DNA from: Candidatus Krumholzibacteriia bacterium
Lineage (GTDB): Bacteria > Krumholzibacteriota > Krumholzibacteriia > JAJRXK01
Assembly: GCA_041484665.1 (NCBI GenBank)
Contig: JBGPIA010000035.1
Span: 1 to 13,876 of the forward strand
Direction: 5' to 3'
Length of the DNA stretch: 13,876 nt
The first letter of the stretch is position 1. The number at the start of each line of letters is the position of its first letter. A program made the position numbers and the translations under genes. The notes under the pieces are model-generated. The model was not told the DNA's origin, did not search any database, and saw only the letters and a list, made by a program, of their open reading frames with translations. Shown here piece after piece: positions 8,317 to 13,876 of this stretch.

Positions 8317-8736
8317 ATTGATTGCACGGGCGTGGGGGACCATCCCAGGCATCTCGATTCGCAGAAGCGGTGACCCTGTTTCAGCCCCGCGCCCGCGTCT
8401 CGATCTGTGGTCCGTGAAGCTGCTGGCCTACGGTCATGCGCCGTCGCAACTCCTTGGCCCCGGCATTCCCCGGCGCGGCAAGGAAGCGACTCCGACAGGA
8501 TATCCGTAGGCTGGCCAGGCCACGAGTCCGCGAGGGGACCGGGTCGGTCCGCAGCAGGGCGACTGCCCCACGGTCGCCTTCAGCTGCCGCAGCGCCGATG
8601 CGCCACGACCCGGTCAGCCTCGTTTCGATAGCTGAGCGGTGTGACAGGAATCCGTCAGCTCAATGACAACTGGGAAACATCGTCGGGCCGCAAGCCTCGC
8701 AACGGGCTGCCGTGCCCCGGGGCGCGCGCTTGGGTA

Positions 8737-9906
8737 TCAGTGGGCTCCCGCCGGCGCGCTCCACACGTGCGCGATCACCTGTTTCATGGCCGGCGTGGCG
8801 AGCTGGAAATTGCGCCCCACGGGATGGGGCTCGGGGAACCACTTCCAGAGAAACGCCCCCAGCACCCACGGCTCGCCGGCGATCGCCTCCAGCGCCGTGC
8901 GCATGCAGGCGAGTTGGATCCGCTCCGCGGGCGCTCCATCCGCGTGGTACTCCCACGGGCGCAGCGGTGCGGCGAACGACTGGTTGTAGCCCAGCTCAGT
9001 GAACACGATCGGCCGGTCATGGGCGATGGCGAACGGACGCAGCCGGGCCAGCACCTGCTGCCAGCCGTGGGCGAGCGCGTCCTGCAGCTGTGCGTCGGTC
9101 ATGCGCTCGACGCTGCCGCCGGCACCGGCCTCCTCCAGCAACGGGAAGTAGGCCTGGATGCCGATCACGTCGAGCGCGTCCCAGAACCCCACGCGCTCGT
9201 AGTCGGTCCAGTTGGAAGCGTAGGTGAGCGCAGCAGGCGTGACCGCGCGCACCTGGGCAATGAGCGCGCGCCACTGCTGCGGCTGATCGATCATGCGGTC
9301 GAGCTCCGAGCCGACGCAGAATCCATCGGCGCCGCGGCACGCTGACGCGAGCGCCGCGATCCAGGCGCGGTAACCCTCCCAGAAGCGCTGCCACTGCTCC
9401 GGCGTCTGGAACGTGATCTCCCCGCGGTAGTGGAACGGGGACCCCCAGTAGGCCAGATGCGGCGTGATGAGGATCTTCAGGCCCAGCGCGTGGGCCTCGG
9501 CGATCGGCCGGGTCAGCCAGGACGGCGGTGCCGCAGCGTCGATCTCGTCCCACCACACCGTGCCGTCGCCTCCGATGCCCGCATACGGGTGGATCGCGAC
9601 CCATCCTGCCCCGAGCTCTTTCATGGCTCGCAGCGCGGGGACGATTCCATCGCTTCCCCACTCCTGACCGCCGGTATGGGTCGACAGCACGATGCCGCGC
9701 ACGCTCTCATAGCTCGGTGCAGGCAGCGGCGCGGCGAGGGCGACCGGCGCCGGAAGCGCCGCAGCAGCCAGCAGCAACGCGCTCACCGGCAGCGGGCCGC
9801 ACAACGCGCCCGGCAGCCGGGCGTGGCTCACCGAGCGCGGCGAAGAGCCCCGCACAGAGCCCGGCGGTGTGCCTGCGGGGAGGCTGCTGCGTCCGTACAG
9901 CATCAT
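8737..9906 (-). CDS. Glycoside hydrolase family 113-like (beta-mannanase type) TIM-barrel protein, probably secreted
   Basis: AHALGLKILITPHL, FCVGSEL (acid/base Glu), LTYASNWTDYERVGFWDALDVIGIQAYFPL, PIVFTELGY (nucleophile Glu), GAFLWKW. ATG 9906 overlaps the upstream TGA (ATGA). The alternative GTG 9831 gives a cleaner signal peptide. Confidence 0.85.
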   Translation of the reverse strand: MMLYGRSSLPAGTPPGSVRGSSPRSVSHARLPGALCGPLPVSALLLAAAALPAPVALAAPLPAPSYESVRGIVLSTHTGGQEWGSDGIVPALRAMKELGAGWVAIHPYAGIGGDGTVWWDEIDAAAPPSWLTRPIAEAHALGLKILITPHLAYWGSPFHYRGEITFQTPEQWQRFWEGYRAWIAALASACRGADGFCVGSELDRMIDQPQQWRALIAQVRAVTPAALTYASNWTDYERVGFWDALDVIGIQAYFPLLEEAGAGGSVERMTDAQLQDALAHGWQQVLARLRPFAIAHDRPIVFTELGYNQSFAAPLRPWEYHADGAPAERIQLACMRTALEAIAGEPWVLGAFLWKWFPEPHPVGRNFQLATPAMKQVIAHVWSAPAGAH

Positions 9907-10688
9907 CGTATCCGCGCGGCGAGCAGCTTCAGGCTCGCCGGTAGGATCGTCCTGCGACTGGCAACCGCGACACGGTTCTCCCAGGCGTTGAATCGGCGCG
10001 TATGCACGTGGGGAAAGCAGTCCCGGATGTCGGCGATCAGGTCCTCGTAGGTCGCGTCGCGCTGGGGGATCACGTTGCGCGCGTAGATGCCCGAAGGGGT
10101 CAGGCTGCCCGCCACCAGCGATGCGAGCGCCATGCACGAGCGCGGCCGTCGCGGAGTCCCGTGCGTGAGCTCGAAGCAGTCGTCCAGGACCACGTCGAAC
10201 CGCCACGGTCGCTCTTGCCCCCGCTGCTTCGCGCCGCGCGGCCGCAGCCGTTGGTGCTGCTGCCGGTGTTGCTGCTGGTGGCGCTGCTGGTGCCGCTCCA
10301 GGAATGGAGCCGCTTCGGAGGTGACCAATCGCACGCCGCGTGGCAGCCATGGGCGCGCGCCATCGATCATCCAGGGGTCGGGGTCGATTCCCACGACGGT
10401 GGCGTCCGGGCGCAGCCCGCACAGCAGCTGCGCGAGCCCGCCCAATCCGTAGCCGAGCACGCAGACGCGCGGCGCGTGGCGCCAGCGGCGCAGCAGGACC
10501 GCCCGTGCCGTCGCCAAAAAGGGTGCCGGGACCGCCCCGCCCCAATCGGGAGTGAAGCTGAACAGGACATGGGGCGTCTGGACGACGAGATGCGTGGACG
10601 GGTGTCCGGATGGGCCCGCGGAATCACCCGTGGAGTGTCGGGCGGTCCCGCGCTCGCTGCGGTGCGCGGACTGGAGGCGTCGGGACAT
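9903..10688 (-). CDS. Class I SAM-dependent methyltransferase, spermidine-synthase-like
   Basis: RVCVLGYGLGG (GxGxG), VVGIDPDP, FDVVLDDCF, SLTPSGIYARNV. Start is uncertain: ATG 10688 (GGAGG close by) or ATG 10754. Confidence 0.8.
   Translation of the reverse strand: MSRRLQSAHRSERGTARHSTGDSAGPSGHPSTHLVVQTPHVLFSFTPDWGGAVPAPFLATARAVLLRRWRHAPRVCVLGYGLGGLAQLLCGLRPDATVVGIDPDPWMIDGARPWLPRGVRLVTSEAAPFLERHQQRHQQQHRQQHQRLRPRGAKQRGQERPWRFDVVLDDCFELTHGTPRRPRSCMALASLVAGSLTPSGIYARNVIPQRDATYEDLIADIRDCFPHVHTRRFNAWENRVAVASRRTILPASLKLLAARIR
10248..10295 (-). repeat. 4 x 12-bp coding repeat (RHQQ RHQQ QHRQ QHQR)
   Basis: CGGCACCAGCAG/CGCCACCAGCAG/CAACACCGGCAG/CAGCACCAACGG on the minus strand. Confidence 0.8.
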
Positions 10689-10736
10689 GGCCTCCCCGGC
10701 GGGGGATTGCGGGCGACTTCGGCGGCGGGCCGGGAC

Positions 10737-10770
10737 TGACGATTGCGCTGACATGACGATTGCGCTGACA
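10737..10770. repeat. Perfect 17-bp tandem duplication
   Basis: TGACGATTGCGCTGACA x2 (10737-10753 and 10754-10770). Confidence 0.95.
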
Positions 10771-10789
10771 TCCGGTAAACACTTGTACC

Positions 10790-10819
10790 AGAATAGCTTG
10801 GACGGAGACTCCGTCCAAG
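10790..10819 (-). promoter_or_regulatory. Sigma70 promoter overlapped by a 23-bp palindrome
   Basis: Minus strand TTGGAC (10818-10813), N17, TATTCT (10795-10790). Palindrome CTTGGACGGAG-A-CTCCGTCCAAG at 10797-10819. Confidence 0.6.
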
Positions 10820-10865
10820 GGCCAAAATGGCGCACGCTGTGGGGTGGGTCTCTGCGCACGCGACC

Positions 10866-10890
10866 GAACCCGGTCATGGCCGTGTGCGTC
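10866..10890 (+). promoter_or_regulatory. Putative autoregulatory ECF promoter GAAC-N17-CGTC
   Basis: GAAC (10866-10869), 17 nt, CGTC (10887-10890), about 65 nt before the sigma ATG. Confidence 0.55.
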
Positions 10891-10953
10891 CCACAGACAG
10901 AGCCGAGCAGAGGGCCGGGCCAACGCGGCGCACGGTTTCCCACGCGGGTGTCG

Positions 10954-11508
10954 ATGGACCTGCACAGTCTACTCGAGCGGTGCCGCAGCGGGGACGCCCT
11001 GGCATGGGAAGCGTTGGTGCGCACTCACCAGTCGCGCGTCTACGGGATCGCGCTGCACTACACGGGCAACGGCGAGGACGCGCGCGATGTGGCGCAGGAG
11101 ATCTTCGTGAAGGTCTACAGACACCTGGACACCTGCGACGACGCCGAGCTGTTCGTGCCGTGGCTGATCCGGTTGTCGCGCAACGCGTGCCTGGACCACC
11201 TGCGGCGGCGCAAGGCCAGGCCACCGGCGAGCGACGTCCCGGTGGAGGAGATGACCAACCTCCCCGCCAACGACGCCGATCCGCAGGAGCGCTGGGTGAT
11301 GGAGTCGCGCAAGCGTCTCCTGCACCGCGCGCTGCAGAAGATGAGCGAGCTCAATCGCGAGGTGATCCTGCTCAAGGAGATCCAGGGGCTGAGTCTGGAG
11401 GAGACCGCAGGGATGCTCGGCGTGCCCATCGGGACGATCAAGTCACGCTGCAGCCGAGCCCGCCTGGAGCTGGCGCGCAAGGTGATGGAGCTGACGGGGC
11501 AGACTTGA
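10954..11508 (+). CDS. ECF RNA polymerase sigma-70 factor (RpoE/SigW-like)
   Basis: Start at ATG 10954; 184 aa. Region 2 GDALAWEALV...EDARDVAQEIFVKVY...WLIRLSRNACLDHLRR, and region 4 REVILLKEIQGLSLEETAGMLGVPIGTIKSRCSRAR. Confidence 0.96.
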   Translation: MDLHSLLERCRSGDALAWEALVRTHQSRVYGIALHYTGNGEDARDVAQEIFVKVYRHLDTCDDAELFVPWLIRLSRNACLDHLRRRKARPPASDVPVEEMTNLPANDADPQERWVMESRKRLLHRALQKMSELNREVILLKEIQGLSLEETAGMLGVPIGTIKSRCSRARLELARKVMELTGQT

Positions 11509-11636
11509 CCGCGAGCTGAACGAGCCAATCGGGCAGACGCGACGGCAAGGCGTTGGAGCTGATGCGACGGGCGTGACCGCAAGCCAGGGGATCCCAGGGG
11601 GCGCCCCTCATCGAAGGATGGTTTCGGAGTAGAGCC

Positions 11637-12617
11637 ATGGATTGCCGGACACTCGAGCAGCAACTGGACGCCCTGGTCGCCGCGAGCAGCACTGACCGGG
11701 CGCCCGAGGCAGCCGGGCTGGACGCGGAGGCCCGCGATCATCTGGCCGGGTGCGTCCGCTGCCGCCAGCTGTACGAGGTCGCCCTGGGCCGGCTCGACGT
11801 GCTGGGCGAAGGAGCGGGGCGCCGCCTGACCGAGTCGATCGTCGCTCAGACGACGGGCTCCTCGTGCGCGCGCGCCGCGGAGATGCTCCCCGAGCTGTTC
11901 GACAACGCGCTGTCCGCGGCCGAGACCGAGCTGGTGCACCTGCACCTCCAGCACTGCGCCCCGTGCGCGCAGCTGCACGAGACGCTGGCCTGGATGGCAG
12001 GGGCGCTGCCCGAGCTCGCCGAGATCGCGCCGGACGCGGCCTTCGTCGACGATGTCTTGCGGGTCACCTCGCGCGCTCAGCTGCCCGTGGCGCTGCGCGC
12101 GCAGAGCCGGCTGCGGAAGTGGTGGCAGCAGATGATGGCGCGCCCGCGGTTCGCGCTGGAGCTCGCGTACTCCGTCGCGGTCGTGGTGGCGCTGCTGTGC
12201 GGCACGCCGCTCTCGCCGCTGCGGGGCACGCCGGGCAAGGTGCTCTCCAGCGTGCAGCTGCGCCCGGACCTGGTACTGCAGACAGCCGCGGGGCCGGTGG
12301 GCGCGGTGGGTGCGTTCCTCGGGTCGGCCGGCACGCACCTGTGGGATGCCACAGCCGGCCGGCTGGCCGACGCGACCGGTGGAGCGCGCGCCGACTGGCG
12401 GGCGCGCCGCGCGGGGATCGACGCGGGCTGGTCGTTGCTGCGCGCGCACCTGCGGGAGGCCACGCACGGGCTGTTCGCTGCTGACGTCAGCCGGGCCGCG
12501 CTGTCCCTGCAGCAGGTGGGCGGCGATTGCCGGCTGATCTGGGTCAGCCTATGGCGCGGCGGCGCGGGCGCCGACGGCAGCGGTGGTGGCGCAACAGCGC
12601 AGCCACCGCGGGGCTGA
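11637..12617 (+). CDS. Membrane-anchored anti-sigma factor with two tandem zf-HC2 (ZAS) domains
   Basis: MDC...HLAGCVRC and SSC-x25-HLQHCAPC; TM segment FALELAYSVAVVVALLCG; directly downstream of the ECF sigma; GGAG RBS. Confidence 0.85.
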   Translation: MDCRTLEQQLDALVAASSTDRAPEAAGLDAEARDHLAGCVRCRQLYEVALGRLDVLGEGAGRRLTESIVAQTTGSSCARAAEMLPELFDNALSAAETELVHLHLQHCAPCAQLHETLAWMAGALPELAEIAPDAAFVDDVLRVTSRAQLPVALRAQSRLRKWWQQMMARPRFALELAYSVAVVVALLCGTPLSPLRGTPGKVLSSVQLRPDLVLQTAAGPVGAVGAFLGSAGTHLWDATAGRLADATGGARADWRARRAGIDAGWSLLRAHLREATHGLFAADVSRAALSLQQVGGDCRLIWVSLWRGGAGADGSGGGATAQPPRG

Positions 12618-12670
12618 GCCCCCAAAGCGACGGGACGAGACAATGCAGGACGGATGCAGCGCACCCAGGA

Positions 12671-12771
12671 CGCAATGGAACACGAACGCGACGGAACACC
12701 GGCGCAGTGGAACACGGGCGCGGTGGAGAACAGACGCGGTGGACGAAGGGTACAGCGCGATGGAAAACGTC
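12671..12771 (+). repeat. 16-bp tandem array (5 units plus 1 after a 5-nt gap), consensus CGCRRTGGA...
   Basis: CGCAATGGAACACGAA/CGCGACGGAACACCGG/CGCAGTGGAACACGGG/CGCGGTGGAGAACAGA/CGCGGTGGACGAAGGG/tacag/CGCGATGGAAAACGTC. Confidence 0.8.
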
Positions 12772-12827
12772 ACACGAGCGGTCGTCACGAGACGCAACGA
12801 CCCGCCAGACGGGAAAGGGAGATGGTC

Positions 12828-13553
12828 ATGAGCGCAGCTGAGGAAACCGGACACGACTACGGACAGCAGCCGCAGCAGCCGGATCAGGGGATGCGGGGGG
12901 GCTGGCAGTCGGGCGGGTACGCGCAGGGCCCGGGGATGGGTCCCGCAGGGGCGCCCGGCGCGGGGGGTTCAGGCGGGCCGGGTGTCGGGCCGGGTGGACC
13001 GGTAGGCGGGCCCCTGTATGGCGCGGGGCCTGGGCCTGTGTACGGCCCCGGCGGAGCAGGCCGCGGCTTTGGCGCCGACGATCCGCGGCGCAAGTCGCCC
13101 GTGCTGGCCAGCGTGCTCTCGGCGGTGATGCCGGGGCTTGGCCAGATCTATCTCGGCTACTACGTGCGCGGCTTCTCCCACGCGCTGGTGTTCATCTGTA
13201 CGATCACCGCATTGGCGTCAAGCCGCATCCATGGCCTGGAGCCGTTCTTCGGGGTCTTCCTGGCCTTCTTCTATCTGTACAACATCATCGATGCGGGCCG
13301 GCGGGCCATGATCCACAACCAGGCGCTGGCGGGCATGGATCCAGGGGCGATGCCAGAGGACTTCAAGATGCCTGGCGGCGGGTCGCTGGCGGGCGGAATC
13401 GCGTTGATCGTTCTCGGCGGGTTGTTGCTGCTCAACACGCACTTCGACGTAAGCCTGGAGTGGCTCGAGGATTGGTGGCCGGCCGGTCTGATCATCATGG
13501 GTGCCTGGCTGGCATGGAAGGCGATGCGTGAGAAGCAGCGGCGCACCACGTGA
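12828..13553 (+). CDS. Membrane protein: Gly/Pro-rich N-terminus, TM2-like domain, DUF5668 (LiaI/LiaF-like) TM domain
   Basis: AAGGGAG RBS before ATG 12828; RRKSPVLASVLSAVMPGLGQIYLG (TM2/DUF5683-type motif); C-terminal GIALIVLGGLLLLN...WWPAGLIIMG. Confidence 0.8.
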   Translation: MSAAEETGHDYGQQPQQPDQGMRGGWQSGGYAQGPGMGPAGAPGAGGSGGPGVGPGGPVGGPLYGAGPGPVYGPGGAGRGFGADDPRRKSPVLASVLSAVMPGLGQIYLGYYVRGFSHALVFICTITALASSRIHGLEPFFGVFLAFFYLYNIIDAGRRAMIHNQALAGMDPGAMPEDFKMPGGGSLAGGIALIVLGGLLLLNTHFDVSLEWLEDWWPAGLIIMGAWLAWKAMREKQRRTT

Positions 13554-13570
13554 CGGCTTACGGCCGCGAA

Positions 13571-13608
13571 TCGACCCGCCTGCGTGTCGATGCGCAGGCG
13601 CGGGTCGA
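13571..13608 (+). other. GC-rich hairpin after the membrane protein gene
   Basis: TCGACCCG-CCTGCG pairs with CGCAGG-(CG)-CGGGTCGA, 18 nt after the stop. Confidence 0.55.
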
Positions 13609-13665
13609 CGCAGCTACGGATCGACGCGGCTGCGGATCGACGTGGCTCCAGATCGACGCGGCGGT
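13602..13665. repeat. 4 x 16-bp tandem array
   Basis: GGGTCGACGCAGCTAC/GGATCGACGCGGCTGC/GGATCGACGTGGCTCC/AGATCGACGCGGCGGT. Confidence 0.85.
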
Positions 13666-13679
13666 GGTTGGGTGAAGGG

Positions 13680-13720
13680 CCGGCGCCGGCGATGGGATCG
13701 CCGGCGCCGGTTCGTTTCCT
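13680..13720 (+). terminator. Rho-independent terminator of the ECF operon
   Basis: 14-bp perfect stem CCGGCGCCGGCGAT-GGG-ATCGCCGGCGCCGG followed by TTCGTTTCCT. Confidence 0.75.
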
Positions 13721-13815
13721 GGCATGTCGTCTGCGCCGTATCCGTTCGGGCAACCCATGTTGAGCTGACCGCTGGCGCCTGACACTGTCGGGCACCCCCT
13801 GGGAGGTGGTGTCCG

Positions 13816-13876
13816 ATGAGCTCGAGGAAGTCGTGGCTGGCCAGGACGCTGGCCAAGCCCTACTGGCGGGAAGCCG
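13816..13876 (+). CDS. Partial CDS of unknown function, running off the window (MSSRKSWLARTLAKPYWREA...)
   Basis: GGAGGT RBS at 13802-13807, 8 nt before ATG 13816; open to the window edge. Confidence 0.5.
   Translation, partial: MSSRKSWLARTLAKPYWREA

Noticed and set aside
8368..8388. Minus-strand GGGGCTGAAACAGGGTC resembling a tmRNA 5' end
   Set aside because: No TCGAC continuation, T-arm/CCA end or tag ORF.
8264..8509. 81-aa ORF with kinase-like DLWSV
   Set aside because: No other kinase motif, no RBS, and it overlaps the ECF promoter and structured region.
8537..8615. CUGAAG in the three-way junction as a hammerhead ribozyme
   Set aside because: Does not match CUGANGA and lacks the GAAA after stem II.
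8672..8712. Resemblance to a c-di-GMP-I riboswitch (GGGAAAC...GGCCGCAAGCC...GGGCTGCCG)
   Set aside because: Too short, lacks the GNRA-capped P2 and full P3, and points into a convergent gene end.
12671..13665. 16-bp arrays as CRISPR
   Set aside because: Units are contiguous and too short, with no unique spacers and no cas genes.

Overview
High-GC bacterial window with four blocks. (1) 790-4330 (+): BlaI/MecI-family repressor, BlaR1-type M56 peptidase carrying HEAT repeats instead of a penicillin-binding domain, and a secreted class C beta-lactamase-like serine hydrolase. A shared TGTyAw-N4-TTGACA palindrome sits at both the repressor and hydrolase starts. (2) About 4400-6180, visibly lower GC: a frameshifted secreted 'FTYQGRL...PRQPLTxxPYA' fibre-like gene (-), faced by an inverted, decayed fragment of the same family that begins at the conserved PRxPxTxxxYA junction. 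(3) 6601-10750 (-): nfeD-SPFH pair, a structured non-coding interval, a GH113-like glycosidase and a coupled SAM methyltransferase. (4) 10954-13553 (+): ECF sigma factor, an anti-sigma with two tandem ZAS zinc fingers, and a TM2/LiaI-LiaF-like membrane protein, followed by a terminator and a partial CDS. Matching GAAC-N17-CGTY ECF promoters precede the sigma gene and nfeD. Many intergenic gaps hold short tandem arrays. No rRNA, tRNA, CRISPR array or transposase was seen. All calls come from reading motifs by eye; no searches were run.
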